Notes: generated by a model from the letters alone, not told the origin. DNA of 64,000 nt from Candidatus Omnitrophota bacterium (GCA_026387455.1 JAPLLR010000016.1:6358-70357), one strand, 5' to 3'. Positions 49,597 through 59,259 are shown, counted from the stretch's first letter. Numbers and translations: made by a program.

Positions 49597-50484
49597 ATGC
49601 AAAGAGGCGTGACCTTTAAGACTGATGAGTGGTTTATCGAGAATTCTTTTCCCGGGGTGCGGCGTTGCAAGACCGACGCCTTCCGCATCCAGAAAAAGAT
49701 CCTAAGCGGTAAGACCAAGTATCAGGAATACTTAATTTTTGAGAGTCCGGGATTCGGCAAGATCCTTGCTCTTGACAGGATCATCCAGCTGTCTCAGTCC
49801 GATGAGTTTATCTACCATGAGATGATCGCCCATGTGCCGCTATTGACTCACTCCGATCCAAAGCGATTTCTCGTTGTTGGCGGAGGAGACGGTGGAGTAT
49901 TGCGCGAGAGCGTCAAGCACCCCTTAAAAGAGCTTTATATGGTGGATATCGATAAGGAAGTCGTGGCTATGGCTAGAAAATATTTGCCTTTTATATCAAA
50001 CGGCGCATTTAATGATTCGAGAGTTAATCTTTTGTTTGCAAATGGCAAGACTTTCATAAAGGAGCATAAGAATTATTTTGATTGTATTGTGATAGATTCC
50101 ACTGACCCCGTCGGTCCGGGTAAAGCGTTGTTTGAGGCTTCATTCTATCGCGATGTAGCCAAGAGCCTGACCAAAGATGGTGTGGCGATATTCCAACTAG
50201 GGCCATTCTTAGATTTTAACCTGATAATTAAAGGAACAGCCAAGAAGTTAAAGCGGTTCTTCCGCTATGTGAATCTTGAGCGCTTAGCTATGCCGTCTTA
50301 CAGCTGCGGCTGCGAGTATTGTTTTATTCTTGCCTCTAAGACCGTTGATCCTACGAAGCTAAGCGTGTCCGTCATCAGGGGCAGGGCAAGAAAAAGGCTT
50401 GGGTCTAAGCTTGATGCCCTCAAGTATTATACTCCCGAAGTGCACCATGCCAGCCTGGTCATGCCAAAGCTCTGGCAGCTTTAA
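49597..50484 (+). CDS. speE: Polyamine aminopropyltransferase (spermidine synthase).
   Basis: FLVVGGGDGGVLRE...VDIDKEVV...IVIDSTDPVGPG. The start is taken at the ATG after a GAAGGA RBS, just downstream of the speH stop. Confidence 0.85.
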   Translation: MQRGVTFKTDEWFIENSFPGVRRCKTDAFRIQKKILSGKTKYQEYLIFESPGFGKILALDRIIQLSQSDEFIYHEMIAHVPLLTHSDPKRFLVVGGGDGGVLRESVKHPLKELYMVDIDKEVVAMARKYLPFISNGAFNDSRVNLLFANGKTFIKEHKNYFDCIVIDSTDPVGPGKALFEASFYRDVAKSLTKDGVAIFQLGPFLDFNLIIKGTAKKLKRFFRYVNLERLAMPSYSCGCEYCFILASKTVDPTKLSVSVIRGRARKRLGSKLDALKYYTPEVHHASLVMPKLWQL

Positions 50485-50487
50485 ATA

Positions 50488-51489
50488 ATGAAGCGCAGTT
50501 TTAATATTTTAGTCCTTGGAAACGGCCGGATTGCCCGCGCCGTTTCTTTTTATCTGGGTAAGTCTCGCCTCGTAAAAAGCGTTACTCTTGACTCATCCGG
50601 AAAAAATGCCGCTAAATTCGACCTTTTGTTGGGGGCTTTTCCCGGAGACCTCGGCACAATCCCCCTGAGGCTCGCTTTAAAGCACAGGATTGACCTTATC
50701 GATATTTCCGACGTAGAGCCACAGGTGTATCTTAAGAATAAGCGCCTGATCGAAAGCCGCGGGATCACCGTGATTCCCTGCTGCGGTTTTGGCCCCGGGC
50801 TGATAAACTTTATTTTAGGAAGAGAGCTCGCTGATCGGAAGAATATTGATACTGTCCAGATCAAGGCTGGCTCTTTATCGCCCAAGCCCAATTATTTTCC
50901 ATTTCTTTGGTGTTTTGAGGATTTGGTGCTTGAACACAGAATTCCCTCCTGGCAGGTTATTAACGGTAAGACTTGTAAGTTTGGGCCGTTTGCTCGTTGT
51001 CAGAGAGAGAGTTTTTTTGGTATTGAGTCGGAAAGCTATTTTGCCCAGAGCGGTTTTGAGAATATGATGCAGGGTGTCCGGGTGAAGAATTTCTCTTTCC
51101 GGGTAGTGCGGCCGAGAGGCTTTAGAGAGTTTTTTTATTATCTTGAGAGCGAAGGGTTTCTAACAAGCGCGAATATGCTGATCACCAAGAATATTGTCGA
51201 GAAAGATGTACGGGATAACATCACTCTGGCTACCATTAGCCTGACAAAAAAGCGTAAGAAAATCATTTGGCTGATGAAGTCGCAGTCAAGGCGCAAAGAG
51301 CGCCTTAATTCCATGCAAAAGATTACCGCAGTCACTCCCGCTGCCATGGCGCAAGCGCTTATGTCAGGAAGCATCAAAGAGAAGGGCCTGCTTTTCATGG
51401 AAGAGCTGGGAAAAGACGCGCGTTTATTTGATTATTTGCTTAAGGCAAATAGAATTGAAGGTATTATTATTTCCAGAAAGGGTATTTAA
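50488..51489 (+). CDS. Saccharopine dehydrogenase-like NAD(P)-binding protein; possibly related to carboxy(nor)spermidine dehydrogenase or homospermidine synthase.
   Basis: Rossmann N-terminus ILVLGNGRIARAV and a CCGFGPGLINF motif resembling the saccharopine dehydrogenase family. It lies directly after speE. Confidence 0.45.
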   Translation: MKRSFNILVLGNGRIARAVSFYLGKSRLVKSVTLDSSGKNAAKFDLLLGAFPGDLGTIPLRLALKHRIDLIDISDVEPQVYLKNKRLIESRGITVIPCCGFGPGLINFILGRELADRKNIDTVQIKAGSLSPKPNYFPFLWCFEDLVLEHRIPSWQVINGKTCKFGPFARCQRESFFGIESESYFAQSGFENMMQGVRVKNFSFRVVRPRGFREFFYYLESEGFLTSANMLITKNIVEKDVRDNITLATISLTKKRKKIIWLMKSQSRRKERLNSMQKITAVTPAAMAQALMSGSIKEKGLLFMEELGKDARLFDYLLKANRIEGIIISRKGI

Positions 51490-51492
51490 TCT

Positions 51493-52026
51493 ATGATCAT
51501 GCATTCATATATCAGCGATAAAGTCAAAGTCGTGACTTCTTCAGTTGACCGCCGAGGAGTGTTCGCTCTTAAGCTTATCAAAAAAGGAGAAGTTATTTCC
51601 GTCTACGGGGGCCATATCATCACCCAGAAGGAATACAATAATTTGGCAAAAAGCTGCTTTCGCCACATCCATGATTATGCGATCAAGGTCGCCGACGGAT
51701 TTTATCTGGTTTCTTCCAAAGGCGGACGACTTGAGGATGATGATTTTTTTAATCATAGCTGCGATCCCAACGTCGGCATCAAAGGTCACTTGTTGATGGT
51801 GGCGATACGGGATATTTTGCCCAAAGAAGAGCTTACTTATGATTATGCTATGACTGATGCTGCCATGGATTACGCCTTCAAATGCAACTGTCAGGCTTCT
51901 AACTGTCGTAAGGTGGTCAGTGGCAGCGATTGGAAGAAGCCTGCTATTCAGCGTAAGTACAAAGGATTTTTCTCCTGGTTCGTGCAGGACAAGATCGACC
52001 GCTCCAAATCTTCCCGCAGAAAGTAA
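51493..52026 (+). CDS. SET-domain protein (putative protein-lysine N-methyltransferase).
   Basis: NHSCDPN and ELTYDY motifs plus a post-SET cysteine cluster (CNCQASNC). Confidence 0.75.
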   Translation: MIMHSYISDKVKVVTSSVDRRGVFALKLIKKGEVISVYGGHIITQKEYNNLAKSCFRHIHDYAIKVADGFYLVSSKGGRLEDDDFFNHSCDPNVGIKGHLLMVAIRDILPKEELTYDYAMTDAAMDYAFKCNCQASNCRKVVSGSDWKKPAIQRKYKGFFSWFVQDKIDRSKSSRRK

Positions 52027-52047
52027 TCCGTCCACTATTTTACTTAT

Positions 52048-52455
52048 ATTATTGTTTAGCGGGTCCTGCCTTGGCTTGTCCTGCGCGCGGCTTATTGCCG
52101 TGCTCGGATCAAGCCAAGTCACCCGTTAAACCTATCAGCCATTATAAATTAGCAAGCTAATTTCTTCAGCTGGCGGGAGGCTTGGATTGATTTCGAGCGG
52201 GGTATTGGACGCCTCGCTCAAAGCGACCCTCGTCACCCTTGACTGAAAGCTTCAGTTGGCGGAAGGCTTGGCTTGGTTTCGAGCAGGGCATGGAAGCCCC
52301 GAGCGGGCAAGGTTGCCCCTCATTTCACATATAGGGCAGAGCGAGGGGCTGGAAATGAGCGCAGGTGCGGCACGCTGGGCCGCACCAAGCGTCCCTGCGA
52401 GAAACAAGACAAGACTACCGCCATGAGTCCGCGAGAAACAGGACAAGGCAGACGC
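52048..52455. repeat. GC-rich structured element of about 400 bp, copy 2 (copy 1 at 22808-23160). It carries an extra 55-bp insertion and a tandemly duplicated 3' end.
   Basis: The 5' 90 bp are near-identical to copy 1, with the same nested inverted repeats. The small ORFs predicted on it have no support. Confidence 0.7.
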
Positions 52456-52508
52456 TAAGTTTGCATGGCTTAGGGTGATATTTTAGCTAAATAAAAGTTG
52501 ATTTAGGC

Positions 52509-53465
52509 TTGATTTATGCTAAAATCAATCTTCCCATGATCAATATAAATAAGGTCAAAACATACTCGCTTAAGACGCGCCTGAGCAAGGTAAATTTTAA
52601 GGATTTTGCCAAGTCTCCGGCTAAGAAGAAGAGCTTTGTTTCTTTTTACGGCTCTTTGCCGAATATCTTAAAAGCCAAAGACTTACGTTGCGTTGTTGAG
52701 GCAATTGTCAGGGCCCATAAGTCCAAGAAAGCTGTGATTTATATGGCCGGCGCGCATGTGATCAAATGCGGCCTGAACCCGGTTTTAATAGAGCTCTTAA
52801 AGAAGAAAATTATCACCTGTATTTGCTTAAACGGCGCCGGTATAATTCATGATTTTGAGTTGGCTTTTCAGGGTAAGACTTCCGAGGATGTTGCGGAAAA
52901 TCTTAAAGACGGCAAATTCGGCATGGGTAAAGAGACCGCGGATTTTCTAAATGAAGCGGTGAGCGTTGGTGTTGTTCAAGGGTTTGGCCTTGGCCAGGCA
53001 GTGGGCAAAAAAATCAGCGATTCTAGGCTTCCTCACAAGAATTTAAGTTTGCTTTACAACGCTTATAGGTATAACGTCCCGGTCTGCGTGTTTGTGGCTA
53101 TTGGCACGGATATTATCCATCAGCATCCTTCTTTTGATGCTTCGATGACTGCCGAGGGGTCATTACGCGATTTTCATGTACTGGTTGAAAATATCTCAGG
53201 ACTGAATAACGGCGGCGTAGTTCTGAATTTCGGTTCGGCGGTGATTATGCCGGAAGTTTTTTTAAAGGCGCTTAATCTGGCGCGTAATCTGGGTAAATCC
53301 GTTAAGAATTTTACTACCGCAAATTTTGATATGATCTATCAATATCGCCCGGCGCAGAATGTGTGTCTGAGGCCGGTGCTTTCCGGGGGCATTAGTTATT
53401 ACATTATTGGCCATCACGAGATAAATTTACCGTTACTGGCGCAGGCTGTAATAGAAAAGATATGA
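52509..53465 (+). CDS. Deoxyhypusine synthase-like protein.
   Basis: Blocks HVIKCGLNPVLIELLKKKIITCICLNGAGIIHDFE and VPVCVFVAIGTDIIHQH parallel the DHS motifs SSGIRETIRYLV...VLVTTAGGVEEDL and IPVFSPALTDGSLGDMI. Confidence 0.55.
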   Translation: MIYAKINLPMININKVKTYSLKTRLSKVNFKDFAKSPAKKKSFVSFYGSLPNILKAKDLRCVVEAIVRAHKSKKAVIYMAGAHVIKCGLNPVLIELLKKKIITCICLNGAGIIHDFELAFQGKTSEDVAENLKDGKFGMGKETADFLNEAVSVGVVQGFGLGQAVGKKISDSRLPHKNLSLLYNAYRYNVPVCVFVAIGTDIIHQHPSFDASMTAEGSLRDFHVLVENISGLNNGGVVLNFGSAVIMPEVFLKALNLARNLGKSVKNFTTANFDMIYQYRPAQNVCLRPVLSGGISYYIIGHHEINLPLLAQAVIEKI

Positions 53466-54369
53466 AGAATCTGAAAAGCATAATCCAGAAATTCAATAAA
53501 GCCCGGGTTTTAGTAATCGGAGACCTAATTCTTGATGAATATATCTGGGGTTCGGTAGATCGCATCTCTCCTGAAGCTCCCGTACCGGTAGTCTGGGCAA
53601 ATAAGCGTACTAATGCCCCGGGAGGGGCGGCAAACGTGGTACAAAAGGTATTTTAGTCGAGCCTAATAGGCTTACAACGGTAAAGACGCGTATTCTCGCC
53701 GGTCATCAGCAAGTAGTGCGGGTTGATTGGGAGCATAGGCACTCACTCAGCAATGAACTGAATAAAAGAATCACCCGGTTTGTGCGTAAGCACATTAAAG
53801 ATTTTGACGCGGTGATAATCGAGGATTATGGCAAGGGGGTGATCAATAAAGAATTGCTGGAAGAGCTCACGCCCTTGGCGCGTAAATATAAAAAGATCAT
53901 TAATGTCGACCCCAAGGAAGAGCATTTTCAGTATTATTCTAATGTCACTTCGATTACCCCTAATCGCAAAGAGCTGGAAAATGCGGTTAGGAATTTAAAG
54001 ATCAAAGATATGACCAATACCTTTAAGGTCAACACTGACAAGCTGTTTACGAATAAAGATATCGATCTGGCGGCAGGCCAAGTCTTAAAATATTTAGGTT
54101 TGGATTCTATATTGGTCACGCTGGGAGAGCAGGGGATGAAGTTATTTGAGAAGGGCGGACGCGTAGAACATATTCCGACGGTAGCTCAGGAAGTGTTTGA
54201 TGTTTCCGGTGCCGGGGATACGGTAATAAGTACTTTTACTTTGGGGCTATGTGCGGGAGCCAGCAGATCTGAAGCAGCACACATCGCTAATTATGCTGCC
54301 GGCATCGTTGTGGGCAAAGTCGGTACCGCTGCCACTGATAGAATTGAACTTTTAGAGAGGCTGGGTTAA
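53462..54369 (+). pseudogene. hldE: D-glycero-beta-D-manno-heptose-7-phosphate kinase (HldE domain I / RfaE, PfkB family), disrupted by a frameshift plus an internal deletion of about 40-45 codons around 53640-53680.
   Basis: Frame 2 gives KARVLVIGDLILDEYIWGSVDRISPEAPVPVV...GGAANVVQKVF and then a stop. Frame 1 continues TTVKTRILAGHQQVVRVDWE...DVSGAGDTV. The segment normally between these is absent, and a small AGCCTAATAGGCT hairpin sits at the junction. Confidence 0.55.
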
Positions 54370-54370
54370 T

Positions 54371-55111
54371 ATGGAAGTGATCGGAGTAATTCCGGCGAGG
54401 TATTCCTCGACGCGTTTTGAGGGCAAAGTTTTGGCGGATATCCTGGGTAAACCCATGCTCCAGCACGTATGGGAGCGGGCAAAGCAAGCGCTGGTCCTGG
54501 ATGACCTGATTATTGCCTGCGATAACGAGCTGGTGGCTTCAGTTGCTAAGGGCTTCGGTGCAAAAGTCGTGCTTACCTCCAAGGACCATATCTGTGGTTC
54601 GGACCGTATCATTGAGGTAGTGAACCCGCTGGATGTGAAGATTATCATCAATATTCAGGGCGATGAGCCGCTGGTGCATCCCATGATGATCGACAGCGTT
54701 GCCCAGACGCTTCTAAACGACAAAAAGATAAATATGGCTACACTGATGAAGAAAATCGAGGACCCTAAGGACATTTTGGACCCTAATGTGGTCAAGGTGG
54801 TGGTGGACAAGTTTCACTTTGCAATGTATTTTTCCCGCTCACCTATACCGCATCTAGCCAAGAGTTCTGATTGTCAGGACCCGGTGTATTATAAGCATAT
54901 CGGGCTTTACGGTTACACCAAGGATTTTCTGTTTACTTTTAAGAACCTCCCGGTGTCGAATCTTGAGAGGATAGAGAAGCTTGAGCAGTTGAGAGTTTTG
55001 GAAGAAGGATTCCGTATCAAGGTCATCGAGACTAAGCACGATACTATCGGAGTTGACACTCCGGATGATCTGGAGAAACTTAAGAATTATCTGGGAACGC
55101 ACAGGATATGA
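54371..55111 (+). CDS. kdsB: 3-deoxy-manno-octulosonate cytidylyltransferase (CMP-KDO synthetase).
   Basis: IGVIPARYSSTRFEGKVLADILGKPMLQHV. Confidence 0.9.
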   Translation: MEVIGVIPARYSSTRFEGKVLADILGKPMLQHVWERAKQALVLDDLIIACDNELVASVAKGFGAKVVLTSKDHICGSDRIIEVVNPLDVKIIINIQGDEPLVHPMMIDSVAQTLLNDKKINMATLMKKIEDPKDILDPNVVKVVVDKFHFAMYFSRSPIPHLAKSSDCQDPVYYKHIGLYGYTKDFLFTFKNLPVSNLERIEKLEQLRVLEEGFRIKVIETKHDTIGVDTPDDLEKLKNYLGTHRI

Positions 55112-55923
55112 TGAAGACCGTTACAGTAGGAAACGTTAAGATTGGCGAAAGAAATCCTCTGGTGCTGATCGCCGGGCCGTGCGCTATCGAATCCGAAAGC
55201 CACAGCCTCCAGATCGGTAGGGCGATTAAAGAGATCGCGGCAAAGTTACACATTCCTTATATTTTTAAATCTAGCTTTGATAAGGCTAACCGGATGTCCA
55301 TTGAATCTTACCGCGGCCCGGGGATAAAAAAGGGCTTAGAGGTTTTAAAGAAAGTAAAACAGAAATTAAAAGTCCCTATACTTACCGATATCCACTGTTC
55401 TAAAGAAATAAACGAGGTAGCCAAGGTAGCGGATATTATCCAGATACCGGCGTTTCTGTGCCGCCAGACAGATATTGTAGTGGCAGCAGCGCGCACGGGA
55501 AAAGTGGTGAATATCAAGAAAGGTCAGTTCTTGGCGCCGTGGGATATTTTGCCAATTATCAAAAAAATTGAATCTACGGGAAACCGGCGGATTCTTTTGA
55601 CTGAGCGGGGCGCAAGCTTTGGCTACAATAATTTAGTAACTGATTTTCGGGCGCTTAAAATAATGCGTGATTTCGGGTATCCGGTGATTTATGATGCCAC
55701 ACATAGCATTCAGACTCCGGGAGGTAAGGGCGGCAGTTCTGGAGGAGAGCGTCAATTCGTCGAGGGGCTTTCCCGGGCAGCAGTGGCTTTTGGCTGCGAC
55801 GGGTTGTTCCTTGAAGTGCATCAGGATCCGGATAAGGCTCCCTGTGACGGGCCTAATATGATTGATCTTATGCAGCTTGATGAGCTTTTGCAGCAGGTGA
55901 AGAAAATCGAGGCAGCGTTATGA
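55108..55923 (+). CDS. kdsA: 3-deoxy-8-phosphooctulonate synthase.
   Basis: LIAGPCAIESE...KSSFDKANR. Confidence 0.9.
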   Translation: MMKTVTVGNVKIGERNPLVLIAGPCAIESESHSLQIGRAIKEIAAKLHIPYIFKSSFDKANRMSIESYRGPGIKKGLEVLKKVKQKLKVPILTDIHCSKEINEVAKVADIIQIPAFLCRQTDIVVAAARTGKVVNIKKGQFLAPWDILPIIKKIESTGNRRILLTERGASFGYNNLVTDFRALKIMRDFGYPVIYDATHSIQTPGGKGGSSGGERQFVEGLSRAAVAFGCDGLFLEVHQDPDKAPCDGPNMIDLMQLDELLQQVKKIEAAL

Positions 55924-56888
55924 AGACTGATGTTATAAAGCGGGCCAAAGAAGTTTTTGATATCGAGGCGGATGCTATCCGGGCCTTAAAGCCGCGTTTA
56001 GGGAAAGGGTTCCGCAGGGCAATAGATATTTGCTTAAAGACAAAAGGCCGAGTGGTGGTCAGCGGTATGGGTAAGACCGGAATCATTGCCCAAAAGCTTT
56101 CCGCGACCTTAGCTTCAACCGGAACTCCGAGCTTATTTTTGCATACCGCGGAAGCTATTCACGGAGATTTGGGCAAAGTTACGGCTGATGATGCGGTGAT
56201 CGTGATCTCAAACAGCGGCTCTACCGAAGAGATGCGTCAGCTTCTGCCGTTATTAAAGAAGATCGGCTCAAAAGTGATCGCCATGACCGGGAATCTTAAA
56301 TCGGTGCTGGCTAAATATAGCGATGTGGTTTTGGATGTTTCGGTTAAGAAAGAGGCCTGCCCGTTGGGTCTGGCGCCAACGGCGTCGACCACCGCCACTT
56401 TAGCCATGGCTGATGCGTTGGCGGTGTGCTTGCTGGAATGCAAGGGTTTTAAAGAAAAAGATTTTGCTTTTTTTCATCCCGGAGGCACTTTAGGCAGGCG
56501 CTTGCTCTTAAAGGTGGAAGATATTATGCGCCGCGGCACAGCTAATCCAATAGTTAGCGAAAATAAGTTAGTTTCAGACGTTCTTTTAAAGATCACTCAG
56601 GCCCGTGCCGGATCAGCTACGGTGGTGGATGGACATGGTAAATTAACGGGTATATTCACTGACGGAGACTTGCGCCGGCATCTGGAAACCTTTGTTGATT
56701 TGCCAAGGAGAAAAGTTAAAGAAGTGATGACTAAGAATCCTACGGTAGTGGATAAAGAGATGCTGGCTGTGGAGGCTCTTAGGATTTTACGCGAAAAGAA
56801 AATTGACGAGCTACCTGTAGTGGATAAATCCAGGCGGCCGGTGGGGCTTCTGGATGTGCAGGATCTTTTGAAGGCGGGATTGGTATAA
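55920..56888 (+). CDS. kdsD: Arabinose-5-phosphate isomerase (SIS plus tandem CBS domains).
   Basis: A SIS domain (VVSGMGKTG) is followed by two CBS domains. Matches the KdsD/KpsF family. Confidence 0.85.
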   Translation: MKTDVIKRAKEVFDIEADAIRALKPRLGKGFRRAIDICLKTKGRVVVSGMGKTGIIAQKLSATLASTGTPSLFLHTAEAIHGDLGKVTADDAVIVISNSGSTEEMRQLLPLLKKIGSKVIAMTGNLKSVLAKYSDVVLDVSVKKEACPLGLAPTASTTATLAMADALAVCLLECKGFKEKDFAFFHPGGTLGRRLLLKVEDIMRRGTANPIVSENKLVSDVLLKITQARAGSATVVDGHGKLTGIFTDGDLRRHLETFVDLPRRKVKEVMTKNPTVVDKEMLAVEALRILREKKIDELPVVDKSRRPVGLLDVQDLLKAGLV

Positions 56889-57431
56889 GTGTTTGAGAAC
56901 GAGATAAAATCAAATCTTAGGGATAAAGCCAGAAAAGTAAAGCTGCTTTTGCTGGATGTGGATGGCGTCCTGACTGACGGTCGGATCATTTATGATTCCC
57001 GCGGCCGCGACTCGAAGTTTTTTGACGTGCATGACGGGCTGGGCGTGTATCTCTTAAAGAAAGCCGGGATACCCACTATTCTGATTACTGCTAAGGGCTC
57101 GCGCGCCATAAAGCCTCGCGCCCGGGATATGCGGGTGGCGGAAGTTTTTTCCGATGTATCTCCTAAATCAGCAGTTTTGGATAAGATTTTAAAGAAATAT
57201 AACGTTATCATCGATGATATCTGTTTTGTGGGTGATGATCTGGTGGATCTATGCATGATGAAAAGGGTTGGGTTTCCTATCGCGGTTTTTAACGCTGCTC
57301 CTGAGATTAAGCAGTCAGCTGCCTATATTACCATAAAAACCGGTGGGCGTGGCGCAGTGCGCGAAGTGGCGGAACTTATTTTAAAGTCGCAGGGCAAGTG
57401 GGAAGAGGTTTTGAAGGGTTATGATATTTAA
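56889..57431 (+). CDS. kdsC: 3-deoxy-D-manno-octulosonate 8-phosphate phosphatase (HAD-IIIA).
   Basis: LLLDVDGVLTDGRIIYDS motif. GTG start overlapping the kdsD stop. Confidence 0.8.
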   Translation: MFENEIKSNLRDKARKVKLLLLDVDGVLTDGRIIYDSRGRDSKFFDVHDGLGVYLLKKAGIPTILITAKGSRAIKPRARDMRVAEVFSDVSPKSAVLDKILKKYNVIIDDICFVGDDLVDLCMMKRVGFPIAVFNAAPEIKQSAAYITIKTGGRGAVREVAELILKSQGKWEEVLKGYDI

Positions 57432-58407
57432 GCGTTTTATCCTGATTGTAAGTTTTATTTTAAGTGTTTCTTTTGTTTACGCTGCTGATGAGCCTTCCGT
57501 AGTTTCCAGCGTGGATGAGGATGAACCGCCGGCTGCAGCTGCAACTGGTTCCTCTGATGCTCCCTCTGACCAAACTATCAGTGATTTCTCCCTTGCTGGA
57601 TACGGCGAAAAGGGCAAGAAGACCTGGGACCTTGCCGGCAAGACCGCGGATATCTTTGTCGATACTGTAAAACTATCTGACGTGGTGGGGAATCTCTACG
57701 GAAAAGAAGAGGATATCCGGCTTACCGCAGACGAGGGTGATTTTAACAAAGTAAGCGGTAAGGTGCATCTGGAAGATAATGTGGTGATCACCACATCCAG
57801 TGGCACGCGTATGTTTACTAAGTCTCTTGATTGGGACCGCAAGAACCAGCAAGTGACTACTGATGACGTGGTATGTATTAAGCGCGATACCATGGTGGCA
57901 ACTGCTAAGGGCGCCTGGGGAAATCCAACGCTCAAGTCCGTGTCTTTGAAAAAGAATGTGCGCCTGGATATTATGCTGGTCGCAAAAGGGGCACCCGCCA
58001 GCGATAAAGAAAAGATCGTTATTACCTGCGATGGACCGCTGGAAATAGATTACGCGCAAAATGTGGCTAAATTCAGAGATAATGTCAGGGTTGACCGCGA
58101 AGATTCGCAGATATACAGTGATACTTTAGATTTGTATTTTTTGACCGGCGACACTGCTAAGGCCGATTCTCCCGCGGCAAAAGAGGTAACGGGTGCTGCG
58201 GGGATGATGGGTATGGGCAGTAAGATCGATAAGATCGTCTGCCGCGGTCATGTTAAAGTCATCCGCGGCGAGAATGTTTCAAATAGCGAAGAAGCGGTAT
58301 ATTCTGCGGTGGATAATAAGTTAGTGTTAACCGGCCAGCCAAAGCTGCTCATCTACTCGACAAAGGATTTTTCTAATGCACCTGCTGGAAACAAAGGGCC
58401 TTTCTAA
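57421..58407 (+). CDS. LPS-transport periplasmic protein of the LptC/LptA (OstA-like) family with a signal peptide.
   Basis: An N-terminal signal/anchor is followed by two OstA-like beta-jellyroll repeat units. Located between kdsC and lptB, as in canonical kdsD-kdsC-lptC-lptA-lptB operons. Confidence 0.6.
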   Translation: MIFKRFILIVSFILSVSFVYAADEPSVVSSVDEDEPPAAAATGSSDAPSDQTISDFSLAGYGEKGKKTWDLAGKTADIFVDTVKLSDVVGNLYGKEEDIRLTADEGDFNKVSGKVHLEDNVVITTSSGTRMFTKSLDWDRKNQQVTTDDVVCIKRDTMVATAKGAWGNPTLKSVSLKKNVRLDIMLVAKGAPASDKEKIVITCDGPLEIDYAQNVAKFRDNVRVDREDSQIYSDTLDLYFLTGDTAKADSPAAKEVTGAAGMMGMGSKIDKIVCRGHVKVIRGENVSNSEEAVYSAVDNKLVLTGQPKLLIYSTKDFSNAPAGNKGPF

Positions 58408-59098
58408 ATCGTACGACTCTAAAGAAGTCGTCAAGGGCGTAGACATTTTGGTCAAGCGCGGCGAGATCGTCGGACTTTTGGGGCCAAACGGCGCCGGTAA
58501 GACTACCACGTTCTACATGATCGTCGGGATCGTTCCGCCGAATAGCGGAAGGATCATCTTTGATAACCACGATATTACTAACCTGCCTATACATGAGCGT
58601 AGCCGCTACGGCATCGGGTATTTGGCTCAAGAGGCTTCTATTTTCAGGAAGCTTACCGTGCAGGAAAACATTATGGCTATCTTAGAGACTTTGCCTATTA
58701 ATAGGGTGGAGCGCAAGCGCCGGCTGGAAAGTCTGCTTGAGGAGTTGCACATTGCGCATTTGGCAAAACACAAGGCTTTTACTTTGTCCGGGGGCGAGCG
58801 TCGCAGGCTTGAAATCACTCGCGCGCTGGTGACAAATCCATCGTTTATACTTCTGGATGAGCCTTTTTCCGGGATAGACCCGATCGTAGTCAATGAGGCC
58901 CAGCAGATCATCAGAGAATTAAAAGAAAAGGGGTTAGGTATACTCTTGACCGATCACAATGTGCGTGAAACGCTTTCCATCACCGATAGAGCTTATCTGA
59001 TCGCGCACGGAAAGATTTTGATTTCAGGCTCAGCAGATGAACTGATCAATGACCCGCAGGCTCGCCAGTTATATTTAGGTGAGAACTTTAGAATGTAA
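58376..59098 (+). CDS. lptB: LPS export ABC transporter ATP-binding protein.
   Basis: Walker A (GPNGAGKTT), signature (LSGGERRRLEITRAL), Walker B (ILLDEPFSGID); typical LptB length. Confidence 0.85.
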   Translation: MHLLETKGLSKSYDSKEVVKGVDILVKRGEIVGLLGPNGAGKTTTFYMIVGIVPPNSGRIIFDNHDITNLPIHERSRYGIGYLAQEASIFRKLTVQENIMAILETLPINRVERKRRLESLLEELHIAHLAKHKAFTLSGGERRRLEITRALVTNPSFILLDEPFSGIDPIVVNEAQQIIRELKEKGLGILLTDHNVRETLSITDRAYLIAHGKILISGSADELINDPQARQLYLGENFRM

Positions 59099-59102
59099 AT
59101 GA

Positions 59103-59156
59103 GGCCACAACTTACGCGACTTGCCCCGCAAAGCGGGGCAGGGAGCGTAAGTTGTT
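59103..59156 (+). terminator. Compound nested hairpin after lptB (GGCCACAACTTACGC...TTGCCCCGC-aaa-GCGGGGCAG...GCGTAAGTTGTTTGGCC).
   Basis: A 15-bp outer stem encloses a GC-rich inner hairpin. A similarly built element follows ilvD at about 40285-40330. Confidence 0.5.
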
Positions 59157-59163
59157 TGGCCGA

Positions 59164-59230
59164 ATTTATCCCGAAGCCTGCCTATAAACTTTCAAAGAAA
59201 GTTTTTAGGCGTTTAGGCGAGGGATAAATG
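59164..59230 (-). repeat. Structured intergenic element, copy C, in reverse orientation relative to copies A and B.
   Basis: The reverse complement reads CCCTCGCCTAAAC-GCCTAAAAACTTTC-tttg-AAAGTTTATAGGC-AGGCTTCGGGATAAAT. Confidence 0.55.
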
Positions 59231-59259
59231 AGCGAGAAGATGAAAGGAAGCAAGCAACA

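Noticed and set aside
51541-52122. A 193-aa minus-strand ORF, and a 208-aa minus-strand ORF at 4306-4932
   Set aside because: They are antisense to the SET-domain gene and to the HMGL-like aldolase gene respectively. Both forward genes have clear family motifs, and the antisense translations lack any.
52252-52458. Two overlapping 60-64-aa ORFs on opposite strands
   Set aside because: Both lie wholly inside copy 2 of the GC-rich structured repeat, and the high GC simply removes stop codons. There is no RBS and the translations are not protein-like.
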